Shown piece by piece: positions 50,401 to 62,874 of a stretch of DNA of 64,000 nucleotides (the first letter of the stretch is position 1; each line of letters starts with the position of its first letter). Below the pieces are notes generated by a model. That model had not been told where the DNA came from. It saw nothing but the letters and a program-made list of their open reading frames with translations, and made no database searches. The stretch is from Ylistrum balloti (lineage: Eukaryota), in NCBI RefSeq assembly GCF_031769215.1, contig NW_026782190.1, positions 1,736,001 through 1,800,000 on the forward strand, in the 5' to 3' direction. A program made the translations under genes and the position numbers.

Positions 50401-53400
50401 AAGTGATACGAAATAATGTTATCAGCCGCTAGAAGTAAGCTGCTGTAAGCTCATAAGTTTTGCGTCTCGCAAACTTCGAAAATTGACACACCAGAAAGGG
50501 CCCTACAATGAGTTATGTTCAAACTTTTAGTTTAACAAGACTGGCACAAAGATTACGACATAATGATTTTATGCTTCGAATGAAAAAGATATTTGATAAA
50601 TCAAAATATCATATACCTTTTTGGAAAATAAAACATATATGTGAATTGATATCAAAATTATGTGAACTGGTTGTGACAAATTTATCTTTACACAAACTTA
50701 TTTCCATTACAGTAATAGTAGCATTGTCTGTCGACCTCTGGAACTTTCTTCAATGAAGCATTGGATGGTATCCAATTGGCCCTTCAGAATTTTGCGATAA
50801 AAACAAAATAAAAGAGACGGATAGATGGACAAACTGATTACACTATGGCAGACATTTTGGAAAGATAATGAAAACGGAATACCCATGTTGTTACTAAAGC
50901 TACGTCTTCATTTTTTGACTTTGCGAGTTCTAGGAATCTACGCATGTAGACGTAAGTCCTCGTGTCTATAGTATCCACTCGTTTGTTCCCTGACAGAGGT
51001 CGGTAGGCATAGTGTTTGATAGCGCTGAATACGGATGACAGATTTGTGTTCCGGGACTGCCACAATGCATTGGATTGTGGGAAATCTACAATAGCTTCCT
51101 TCAACAATGACCCCAGGCCAAGGTTCACAGACGTATCATCAAAATCTGGAGGTATCCGGAATACGTATTCGTAACCAGATCTGAAAAGGATTTTTTGTGT
51201 AATATATCGTCTATCATGATTCACCAATACGATATTATATTTGAGTTCTATCTTGAAATGAAACGTAGCCTTGCAAGTAAATAAAGACACATCTTCCTTT
51301 AATTTCCTCAAATAATACTAAATGACAATATTTTCGCCGAATTTAGTTTCGATAATGTCAATCAAATAACCAGTAGGCAGCAGTGTTTTCTATTTATTAT
51401 TGCGACTAAACGTGAAACATACAGAAAGTTATTCATCAACGGGATGCTGGACCAACCGGTTAAAGTTTGGTGATATATAACTGCTCTGATTTAAGTTTAA
51501 TGAAAGTCATTACATAAATTAGTAAAACACCTAGCGTAAATGTGACTGCTGGAAAATCACATTGTTTCAATTATGAACTTGTTGCTAAAGAGATATGGAG
51601 TGAGAGCGTCGTCCATTTAGATATCATGTTTATTAATAAATGATGGAAAAATTATCGAAATAATTCGGTTATCAGAAACATTTATTACATTTTATTTACT
51701 AACTAGTCAAAGAATTTCCTACTTTTCCAAGACTATTTATAAATCAACTCCAAAGTAAATGATTGTTTTTATTGGTTTCTAGTTTATGCATAGCACATAA
51801 AATCAATAATTATCATCCTATCCCCGTCCCTCCAGGAGTATGGTCACCTTATCCTGACACAGGAATCAATTATACTATAATCAACACATTTTTGTTTTTC
51901 CGCTGTTATGGTAAAACAAACATTACAAAAAACTTGGTCAATTTCTTCGGACGTCTCAGATAATTTTACCTTGTTAAACTTTGAAAATGTAACAATTTAT
52001 GATGTTATGACGTCATTATCACGTCATTTTCTCTAATCCAAATTCAATGCCTCAGTGTGTGTAAATAATTTGGATCACGTCATTTTCACTTATCGAAGTT
52101 TAATACATCAGTGTTTGGATCTACTCTAGTAAAAAGATGTTGTAACTAAAGGTAATAGTATGTAAGTATAAGTATACTTAGTGGCGAGAAGTCTCTTCAT
52201 GATGTCCACTACGTCCTTTAGTCCAATTTTCTCCATTTCCTCATATACTGCATTCCAGTTGACAAGATCAGTGGCGTTAAACATTGAGAGCAAGTTGATT
52301 GGAGTGCTGACCCAGCCCTAAATGAAAAACAAAAAGTACTACAAATTGTTGGATGTGCTGACCGAACCATAAAGGATGAACAAAAACACTACAAATAGTT
52401 GGGAGTGCTGACCCAGCCCTAAATGAAAAACAAAAACACTCAATGTTGGTGGGAGTGGTGACCAAGCCCTTAATGAAAACCAAAAGCAATATAAATGGTT
52501 GGGAGCACGGACCAAGCCCTTGATGATAAACAAAAACACCAAAAGCTGATGGGAGTGCTGACCAAGCACTCAAGAAAAAAAACCCACTTTAAGTCGATGT
52601 GATTGCTGACCTCACTTTTCATGAGAAACAAAAACACTAAAAAAGTTATAAGAAGTGTTGATCCAAAGTTTTATTTCATGTGTCTATCGTTTAACTCCTC
52701 ATGATACCTTGACTGTACGATGATATTTCTCTGTAATCTAAGAAATCATATACCTGCATTGTATAATCTTGATTGGAAGCTTATCAACCCCAGTGTGTGG
52801 TTTGTTAATATTTACGTCAGGCTTGTGTAAGTATATACTACCTTATCATTACTTACATCGGGTGTAAATGCGCGATGTTTGCTTAGGTTTAAATGTAAGA
52901 AAATTAGATGTAATGTAACATTTTATATGCATTTGCAAATAGTAATAAAGATATGGATTTGATTTTGTGCTTTTGTAAATATTTTGTTGTAGTTGTATTA
53001 ACAATATAACAATTCAAATAAATTCCCCGCTGTTCTACGGAGATAATAAAACAATTCATTTTTTTATCGTTATCGAATGGAAATATAAGAATTTGTTATC
53101 TATTATGCTCGGCTAATTTTTGGGGTTGCACATAGTCGCCACCTTTCCCGTCTATTGTCCTTTTCGTGTCCGGAGCATAACTTTGCCAACAGTTATGTAA
53201 GAATCGTGTAACTTGGTGCATTCATTAGTTACGCCGACATGATACGCCGTGTACTAAAATCAAGGCCCACAACCCCTTTTTTAAATATCCTTTCTTAAAA
53301 TTTCTTGTCCGAAGCTTATCTTTACATGCATTTAAACTAGGGTCGGGAAACCTTGTGCACACATTGGTCATATTAAGACAAGATGTGTGTACGAAAGTCA

Positions 53401-54084
53401 GGGCCTGCAATCCTTTAATTACAGAGTTATCGCCCTTTGATAAAATGTTGTGTCCGGAGCATAACGTTGCTCGCATTTAACGTAGGTTAATGAAAGTATA
53501 TTATACAAAATAGATGACATGATTAAAAAGTATCATACTGAATGTAATTTGCACTTAATATCATATCTCAATCAGACGTATTTGGTATGTAAACCATTGG
53601 TACATTAGATCTTACGAATGTAGCCACAGTGACTTACCTTGTATTTTTCCTCATACTCCTGAGGCCAAAATGCCATGATTGAGTTAGTATAGTTTGTGTT
53701 TTTGTCGTTGTGATTGTCCATTAAAATATCGATCGACATACTGATTTGCTCCTCGGAAGGCTTCGGTGCTTTTCCATATCGATAAGCTTCCATGAGGCAC
53801 GATGTTATCCAGGCAGTTGCAAACATGTTATTATCAAATACTTTAAACTCATAACGGAGGGCGCTCATGTCAGGATTTCCATGAAAATACTGCCGAACAT
53901 CGCTTTCATAAATTCCGCGAAATTTCCCCCAGAAAAATGGCGGTATTGAGGGCACCGTCCGTTGTACCTGCATCAGCTTTATTCTTTTGAATAGTGCTTC
54001 GACCGTTTCCTCTACGTCTCCATAAGTAGGACTAATAACGGTAAAACATCCTAACACGAATAATGATAATGTGATTCTCTCCAT
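44445..54084 (-). CDS. Uncharacterised secreted protein, 625 aa, with PDxDDT motif, copy B; exons 54084-53638, 52317-52178, 51180-50883, 50328-50161, 49820-49647, 49141-48989, 47446-47341, 46493-46372, 44714-44445
   Basis: Exon lengths identical to copy A; frame intact; only scattered substitutions (MERITLSLFV, SGYEYV, EDPDMQ, GDTDAEG, RAAK, NHQDRY). Confidence 0.9.
48161..48204 (+). ncRNA. Minimal type I hammerhead ribozyme (cleavage triplet mutated) in a Penelope-like/retrozyme-type repeat
   Basis: Stem I GCATTA/TGATGC, CTGACGA, stem II GTCC-TAGAA-GGAC, GAAA, palindromic stem III CAGCTG, then AA where canonical UH is expected. Confidence 0.8.
49480..49646. repeat. 30-bp donor-derived minisatellite, copy B (~5.5 units)
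   Basis: Shortened version of 36560-37084. Confidence 0.93.
52318..52575. repeat. Acceptor-derived ~47-51-bp minisatellite, copy B (~5 extra units)
   Basis: Includes a near-perfect duplicate acceptor TTTTCATTTAG|GGCTGGGTCAGCACTCC at 52419-52420. Confidence 0.92.
53100..53550. mobile_element. Duplicate of the HINE-like element in intron 1 of copy B
   Basis: Homologous to 40648-41040. Confidence 0.4.
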
Positions 54085-54633
54085 ATCTAATGGGCGAACC
54101 TAACGACCATCAAACTCTCGACCTATTCCTCGGAGTGGACCACGTCGAGTTTTCAGACTTGTAGAATAAGTGTCCTTATCTCCGGCACATAAGGTCACAA
54201 TACTTGTCTGAAAGCCTTATCGCAAACGATTACACAAGTAACAAGACTTTCAAACCGTTGTAAAGTGATTAGTTAGTTTGTTTGTCTTGCTTCCCATTTG
54301 TTTCTGTCTTGTCTTGACTTCAAACATCATGTTTTGTGATTAGTTAGCTGTTTTGTCTTGTTTTCCAATATCGTCATGTTTTAAACAATACCAGCACAAT
54401 CAATTATCAATGAAATATCTAAAACCTTTGTCAACTTTATAGAATCATTCCTCGCAAGTCAATAATTTATAAATTGCTTTCAATCGTTTCATTATGCATT
54501 TCGTTGTTAAGACTACGATTTTGTCTAACCCTGATTATGAAAACTCTTTATTAATCTACTGAATTACAGGGCTAATCTACCCTTATAGATTTTGACATTT
54601 CTTCCGATCAATTTTGGTTTCTGCAGGCTCTTA

Positions 54634-54677
54634 GCATCATTGGCGAATCCAATAGGGAGAAAACAGCTGTATTATGC
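54634..54677 (+). ncRNA. Diverged third hammerhead-like remnant (core mutated, GUA triplet retained)
   Basis: GCATCA TTGGCGA ATCC AATA GGGAG AAAA CAGCTG TA TTATGC; upstream flank (TAGATTTTGAC.TT..TT..GATCA..TT) matches the other two copies. Confidence 0.55.
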
Positions 54678-55804
54678 AGTTTACATACATAATTTAGTTG
54701 TAATTTATCGTAGTCTTAATTTTGAAAGGAGCAGTTCTTTTCTCTGCCTTTTGTAGAATTTTTTACCAACATGAAAAATGAAAAGTTATTTATTTGACCA
54801 TTGTCAACTGAAACTATTGTTATCATGTTTGTGTACAGATTAATGGATTAATGTAGAGGAAATATTGCTATATTTAAATGTGATATTCTTGAGGAGGTCA
54901 TGGTGGTGAATATCCTGTGGTCTTCGTCAAACTACATCTCTGGGAACCATGTGTTGCATGATATTGGGAACAAGCCATAAATCATTGAATTAATTATTGT
55001 ATGCTCCTCCCTAAGTTAGATACACAGGATTGATCTTATCTAGAAATGAACAAAAAAATCCACAAGGGAATAGAAATCATTACACTTCTCAAATCCATTT
55101 GGGAAATTGTATATGTTGAGTTAAGAGTAAAGACTGTGGTAAAACGAAGAAAGAATATATCGATAAACAATGTTTATATACTTACTGTCAACTTTCATCA
55201 CGAACCGGTTTTTACTGCTGTCGAACCTATCACAACAATCATGATCCCTAACGTAAGATATAGTATAAATAAACTATCGCATTGATATTTATGAATAGAA
55301 CGTTCAAAATAAGAAAATTACGACCATTTTAGTAATACAGCTTAGCGACCGAGTGTCCATTACATCGTGAGTACTACTTACCACGTGGTAGTAAGTAAAC
55401 GATGTACCTAAAAAGAGACGTTTTACTTGTGGCGTCTCTGATTTTGAATTTGTATTGAAAGTTATTCACGTGACTGTCTTATGTTTAGTATTTCGACAAT
55501 CAATTCGATAAATCATACTGCATTTGTTTTACTTGCCTTTTTACAATCGGCGTAAATCGACGGTCCACAAAATTCTGGTGAAGGTGATCGCTACAACTTA
55601 TTTTAGTGAAATTAGATAGATTGATAATTATGGACCATTTTATTTGAAATTATGTTTTCAACCTAGCAATCATTTTGTTTTGTAGCAACCAAGATGAAAC
55701 AAAAGGCGTCTGTATTTCGACATAAACAAACGTGTGGACATATGGAATACGATATTGATCAAACTGGGGTTTTATTGATAACCTAAAAACAAAGTACCTG
55801 TCAT

Positions 55805-55945
55805 AGCAAAATTCTGTAGCACATATGTGTCCCTAAATTCTGTAGCACATTGGTGTACATAAAGTTCTGTAGCACATAAGTGTACATAAAATTATGTAGC
55901 ACATAAGTACATAAAAATTCTGTAGCACATAATTGTACACATAAT
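55805..55945. repeat. ~27-bp tandem repeat, ~5 copies (AAATTCTGTAGCACATAAGTGTACATA)
   Basis: Direct periodicity; lies 3' of the collagen-like CDS. Confidence 0.85.
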
Positions 55946-56067
55946 TCTTTAACAAGTACATAATGTCAAAGATATGATTCAACGGCATTTTATTAGTATT
56001 TTGTCGACGCTGTGTTCGTACCGGAGCAACTGGCCTGGTCATTGTTAATAACCGCTGATCAAACAAA

Positions 56068-57013
<946 letters not shown>

Positions 57014-58380
57014 TGATAAAGGATGCAGTTTAACTGCTTGTCGATGTTATACTTACTAGTACTATCAGCAATAACTATTTATTTGGAGAGAAATATCTGC
57101 CGTTAACCTGATTCCAGTATTTGTTGTATGAGTGGCTGACGGTCCGTACAATGATGATAATTACAATAAGAACAATACAGAATAATCAAGGTTGAGATTC
57201 TCTGTTTTATAACGAATGTGCTGTTTCGTTAGGTACGTTAGTCAAATAAAGGGTTCAATATTCAGAGCTTTTAAACAATAGCATATATCTCCATGTGTCG
57301 ATTTCGGATATCTGTCTATAATTATGGTTTATTTTATCTATGTTATGGGTAGAGTTTGTCTCCATGGTGACCTGATATCAACCAAAAATATTTGTGTCCT
57401 GTGATCAAAGGTCACTATTTACAATGTCTTAGTTTCAAAGGTTCACCTCTATAACAAATTGTAGATAAAAAAAAATCTTAAACAGTTTGTCGAACTGAAT
57501 TGACAAAATGGTGCATAAGCTTTGATGTCGGAACTTACTTCAGGAAATAGAATATATATAAAAAAGATAAGTTCGCTCAATTTTTGGCGGTAAAAACTAG
57601 CGTATTATTTTGAAATTTTTAAAACCCACAATTAGCCAACAAATATGATTGATAAGTACTATAAAAGGTCTTGCTAAAGATTCTGTCGACATGGCGAAAT
57701 TTCTTCGTTGTTTTAAACTTTAATATTATGGATATCAATGTAAGTAACTTTATAAGCATTCATTTCAATAGACGTAAGCATATGTTACCTATACTACAAT
57801 CATAGGTCGAATTACAGGTTAATTTGCTTCATGTTTTGTGTCCTTGCTACTATGGGTGTTATGTGACAGGGGTGTAACGGTTACGGTTTTAGTTTAAAAA
57901 TTTTAAAAAGAAAAGTTTGGAAAATTGAATCGTCCTAAAAATATTCATATGACTGATGATTTCAAAAGCGACTTTTCTTAAGTAAACTTGTATGTTCCTA
58001 ACCATTTTAACGTTATTTAGTTGGATGCTTAGCTACAAAAATATATTGGTTTTTAAAAATCCGTCATCTTACAACAAACAATCCTTAGTATTACACACAG
58101 TAAACTTTAAACCATGATAAACAACTTTATAAATTTTTCATACGGCATTCCTTCTATGGCTTTTCGGTCATGTTTGTAGAAAATCCAGACGGAAAGTTAA
58201 GAAAATTCCAATCGACCTTAATAAAATTCAGGATTAAGGAAGTAAAATGCATTTCACTTTTTTAAAAATGTCTTGAATTGTTACAGCTTTCTTAATTGAC
58301 TTTTTAAAAAAAATCTTATGGCTATGCCATAAAATCATTAATTTTCGTTGACGAGGTGGGGACATTTTCGTTTTATGTGT

Positions 58381-58381
<1 letters not shown>

Positions 58382-58422
<41 letters not shown>

Positions 58423-58438
58423 TATCATCATCATCATC
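58382..58438. repeat. (ATC)n microsatellite, ~19 units
   Basis: Direct. Confidence 0.98.
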
Positions 58439-58576
58439 AATTAATTCATGAGTCCACTATTCAGTAAAGTGCTGAAGACGTAACATGGGTATTGATATCT
58501 AGAGAGAAAGAATAACTGAAGCGATAAGATTCCATGTCAATGAAAAGACAAGAACTAGCATGCTGCAAATACTTAC

Positions 58577-58654
58577 CAGTGATGGACTAGACGAATGGGG
58601 ACGTCAGACTGAAGCAAGTCCGCAGTTTACAGAGGTGCCCTGTTCCTTTATATA
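58577..58654 (-). promoter_or_regulatory. TATA box (TATATAAA, 58654-58647) and non-coding first exon ending at a CTG|GTAAGT donor (58577), probably of the collagen-like gene
   Basis: TATA, a short ATG-free exon and a consensus donor in the right orientation; next acceptor at 56999. Confidence 0.6.
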
Positions 58655-59396
58655 GTTTAGTGTGAACAGAGCCCAAAGCGATTTGTGTATCCCGCCCCTT
58701 GTGGTATTGTGTCCCGCCACATGTGGTACCGTTTCCTGTAATCTGTGGTATTCAAACCATCACACATCGATTACCATGGTACACGATCACCAACCACTGG
58801 CGACTGCTTATTTACTTCAGGTCTGGAGAGTACGGCTGTAGGTGTAAGGTTAAAGCTTGATTTGGGGACTTTTTTCTCGTAGTGCTCCTCCATAATTGAA
58901 CTGACTAAGCACGACTTAATGTGCCAATGCATTACGCCCCCATCCCGTTTTCCTTCTTGAATTGTTTCTCTTGGTATCTTGACACTCCTGATATTCAATT
59001 ACGATGACCAAACTTCAATATCAAAAATATGTTTTGCTAATATCATGGTGTTGAAACGTAATGGCTTGAGCGACCCAAGTTAACACTGATGAACAGAAAG
59101 AAACATAATTAAATCGTATTTTAGAACCTTCTTGATTAATAAGATATTTCCATTTATTTAAAAGACTATTCAAAAATATTAAATATAAATATATGTCTCC
59201 CCCGATATTGACTAATACTGTATAACACATATCTTAAAAAATTAAACTTCATTTATTTTCTGTTATTTGACAACCATTGTGAAACAAGTTATTTCAACTT
59301 ATATCAATCATTCTTGTTAACCAGATGGAAGTGCGCTATAAGTCTTACTGTGGAAGGATACTGAAGGACCCCGAACAATCCACGAGAGTTACTCAC

Positions 59397-59471
59397 CAGT
59401 CCTGAGTCTGTCCCGTCGCCAGAACAATGAGACTATACCCGGCAACGGGAGGAGTCGCGGAGACGGAAAAC
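59397..59471 (-). other. Possible alternative 5'-UTR exon (75 nt)
   Basis: GC-richer island bounded by TACAG| and CTG|GTGAGT; no transcript evidence. Confidence 0.3.
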
Positions 59472-59865
59472 CTGTACATGATTAACCTAAGCTGACTGTA
59501 TTTTATCCACTAAAACATGGTCATCGTGGCAAAAGAGAAGAACATGTGTCGTAAATGTTATTAAACTCCAGTTGAAGTCGTGGAATCAATAATATAATGA
59601 ACAATATGAACTGTAGACTTATTTACCTGACATAAGGCTTCTATATAAGAGAGATTGATTGTCTTTCTCACCGTTTCACCAAATATTAACTAAATCGGAA
59701 TTAGCCTTCTATCTGCCAAACTCTATCCCTACTACTCTATTCCTGAATAAACGCTGACTAATACATGAACACATATACATACCCTCCTTTCAAATATACT
59801 TCATTATTTAACATTGCTAATTATCACTTAATTAATTGTCTCAAATTTACAGCTACTTTGTCAAT

Positions 59866-59955
59866 ACCTTTTCACGTCTGTATCGGGAATCGAACCCCGG
59901 GCGCCGAGGTCACAGTGAAATGCGAGTGTGTTACCACTTCACCATCTGACCATCC
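59866..59955 (-). mobile_element. tRNA-derived SINE head
   Basis: A-box-like TGGTGAAGTGG and B-box GGTTCGATTCCC, followed by non-tRNA body ACAGACGTGAAAAGG. Confidence 0.7.
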
Positions 59956-59964
59956 AAGTAAAAA

Positions 59965-60430
59965 TTGAACCTTTAAGCTTTTATGGACTGATGGTATAAA
60001 GAATGATATTTTTAAGAAAGATATAGGGTATTTGTGGGGAAATGGTAATAATAGCAATGAAAGTCTTCTTACTAAATTTGATTAAATGTAGAATGAGTGA
60101 TGTTTTTCAGGAAGAATATATGGGTTTGACTGAGTTATCATAAATTGTGTATTGAACCTGGTAATTTTAATGATATTTATAGAATAAATAGAGTTTGCGC
60201 ATATTGTACTAGTGGCGATATTGATGATATTGAGGATGAATATCCTTGTGAACATCATACAGAAATAAGAAAATGTTTTATCAAAAGGTATTATCATTTG
60301 AAGCCTAGTGTGGCAAAATTTATCCAACTCTTGCTAACAGAAAACTAAATATTTGCCGAATTTAGGAAAACATATTAGTACGAATAACAAAATTCTGGAG
60401 TGACGAAAGGGAATATTTACTAAGAAATTA
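59965..60430 (+). mobile_element. Old 3' fragment of an RTE-X-like LINE
   Basis: LSYHKLCIEPG...RINRVCAYC...DIEDEY.C...EIRKCFIKRYY.LKPSV.KFIQLL.TEN, the typical C-terminal Cys/His region. Confidence 0.75.
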
Positions 60431-61495
60431 TTAAAAGCTTTATCATTCAAATTTGTAAAACTTCTAAAATTTCTCTTACCTGTATGCACATGCTTGATAT
60501 GTCAGTTGTGATCATATTGTGCCAGTCATCAATACCACAGTCAAAAGACATTGTGCCGAATGAATATTTTTCTGCTGTTAAAATTACATTAACTAGAAAG
60601 TGGAGGGTTGCAGTATTTCTTTCATAAAACAAGTCGGACGCCTTAACAATGTTGTACATATCAAAGTGATTACATACCTCTAATAAAGCATCTTTTTTTT
60701 ACTCGTCTCTTCACTAAGGAATTGATACTCCAATATCAATTAAACAAAAACAGCGACAGGTCAACAAAATCCGCATATTCCTAAAGAAAGTAGATAAAAT
60801 GTCATGTAATGAAATGCAAATTTAAACAAAAATATATTTAAAAAAAATATTTGATGGACATTGAAAAGATTATTTTTAAAATCTTATAACGGTCCATAAG
60901 TGAAACATTTTAAACGTTATTTCCAATTGGCTTGCATCATTATTATTCCCTGAATCTTTCTTCAACATACATCCTTTTACCTTTCTGTCTGACCTGTTTG
61001 TTTACCTGTCATTTAATAAATCCAAAAATATCCGGAAAGTACCTTGTTTGTAAGAAGCCTAACTAGTTTATAAGTAAGTTTTTACAGCAAAGTTATTTCT
61101 AACAATAACAGTGGTAATATTAATCCTTCCTAATCGCTCCTGTCTTTACGTGATTTTGCAAGAATGATGAAGTAATATGGAAATAGTTGTAACACGATTA
61201 ATATGCAATAAAAATGAGTTTGACCCACTTATATGGTATCTTAAAATGTATGATGAAACAGAACAATGAAAATAAAGAATTAATATAAAGAATAACAGCG
61301 AAATACAAAAACTATTTACATAAAGAAATATATTTAAAATGTAACAATATAGATACAAAAGAAATGATATGTGTCCGCCCTGGGCGTCGAACCTGTTGTT
61401 ATTATTTAATGCTTTACTAGGGGAGATAATCGAAACAAAAACAAAGTTGACGGATCATCAAGCTGCGTAAGAACAGTGCACAGTTATGTGTCTAA

Positions 61496-62874
61496 ATGTC
61501 TGTTAGTATGTTTGATGATTTCATATTTGAAATCATGGAAGCTGGAGGAGATTTAAGAGAAGCAGTTAACAGCTCCAAAATGGAAAATATAGAGGTTTTG
61601 TTAGAGTCTGGTCAATACGATGTGAACGAGCCAGACGGAAGTGGTCGGACCGTTCTCTTTATTCCAGTGTGTCGGGGGCAGGCCTCACTAGTGAAGCTGC
61701 TGATTGAACATGGGGCTGATGTACATGTTATTGACAACAATTACAATTCTGCTTTACACTGGTGTGGAAATACCGAGGTTCTTGAAATGCTAGTCGCCAG
61801 CGGTGCTGACATCAAACAACGGTTTGTATCGTTATGATCGACTATTACAGGATATCCTATTTTGACGCATGTCCAAAATTATTTTCAAACAACATCTCAC
61901 TGAAAAATCTTCAGTATCTTCACTGATAACAGGAACATTAAAATGGCCAGGGGTTGAGGTCTGTTTATAAGGAAATTTGGGAATTAAGCTTTTAAATTCA
62001 TATTTGGAGGGCAGTTATAATCTATATAACTGAAGATATTGAAAACCCAAAGGGTGAGGCCAGTAAGAGAAATTTTGGTAATTAAATGAATATGATTCAA
62101 CATCTGTAGATAGAGGGGTTGGGCCCTAAAGGAAAGTTTGCTAAAGTTTTGCTTTTGAAGCTGTAATGGATTTCAAACATTATTGGGGAGAAGGTTATTA
62201 TTTCTTAAATAAAGAAAATGACTAGACCCCTGTGGACAAGATTCAACTTGGGACTTCATTAGTGGTGGGCAACCATTTTTATATAAATGAAGTTGATTTG
62301 ACCCTTTGGGACAGGTCATGACTGTAAAGGGGAACATTTTGCTTCATTTTTTTTAAAAACTGAACTCCTTAATTAACACCTTGTACCTCAATGAATTTCA
62401 TTGCCTCATCTCCCATTTCTGTCCGAGATATATCAGACTTGTGATTGTTAGTACTTCAGTATGTTACTTTGATGTTTTACTTTATAATGTATAACAGTGA
62501 AGTCTGCTTCTGCACCTCCCTTTACTACTCTATCATGTAATAAGTCTTGTTATATTGATCTTTGCTTGATTATCATTTTTTCCTCTTTTAACAGAAATAA
62601 GCTGGGACTGACACCAAAAGAGATGGCTTTAAGACGTGGAGTGGCTTCCTATGTCATTGATGTATTTTCACAACTGGAGAAGCAAACTGATCAAAAAGAA
62701 AAGACTGAATCCAACTTGACTATTTTTCAGGAGTTCTGTCATGGAATTGGTCTCCGCAATCAGTGTCTCCTCATTATAGGGATTTTTCTCTTGTCGTTAC
62801 AGTTTGCTTATATACTCACTGGTGCTTCAAGACAGTTGGAGGTGATGGAGCCAGTGACATTTTCAAGTGGATGA
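61496..62874 (+). CDS. ANKRD46: Ankyrin repeat protein with C-terminal TM segment, ANKRD46-like, 201 aa; exons 61496-61821 and 62595-62874
   Basis: GRTVL..CRGQ..LVKLLIEHGAD, NSALHWCG, GLTP..MA.RRGV, FQEFC.GIG..LLIIGIFLLSL..AY; phase-2 GT-AG intron. Confidence 0.8.

Larger units (their letters stand above)
30912..54393. repeat. Tandem segmental duplication: 30912-41876 and 43061-54393, each preceded by the 35-bp array
   Basis: Colinear homology from GCCACTTAATGTACATC to TTTTAAACAATACCA in both units. Confidence 0.97.

Noticed and set aside
57867-57895. CAGGGGTGTAACGGTTACGG as a DNA-transposon terminal inverted repeat
   Set aside because: No matching opposite end found in the window.
58234-58440. 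Poly-Met ORF
   Set aside because: Translation of the (ATC)n microsatellite.
59866-59955. Functional tRNA gene
   Set aside because: A and B boxes are present but there is no complete acceptor stem or clean anticodon arm, and it runs into SINE-like body sequence; a similar B-box scrap lies at ~61375-61395.
60447-60659. 70-aa minus-strand ORF
   Set aside because: No assignable motif; adjacent to decayed LINE sequence.
62497-62594. N-terminal part of ORF 62497-62874 as an independent gene start
   Set aside because: It is intron sequence upstream of the TTTTAACAG acceptor of ANKRD46-like exon 2.
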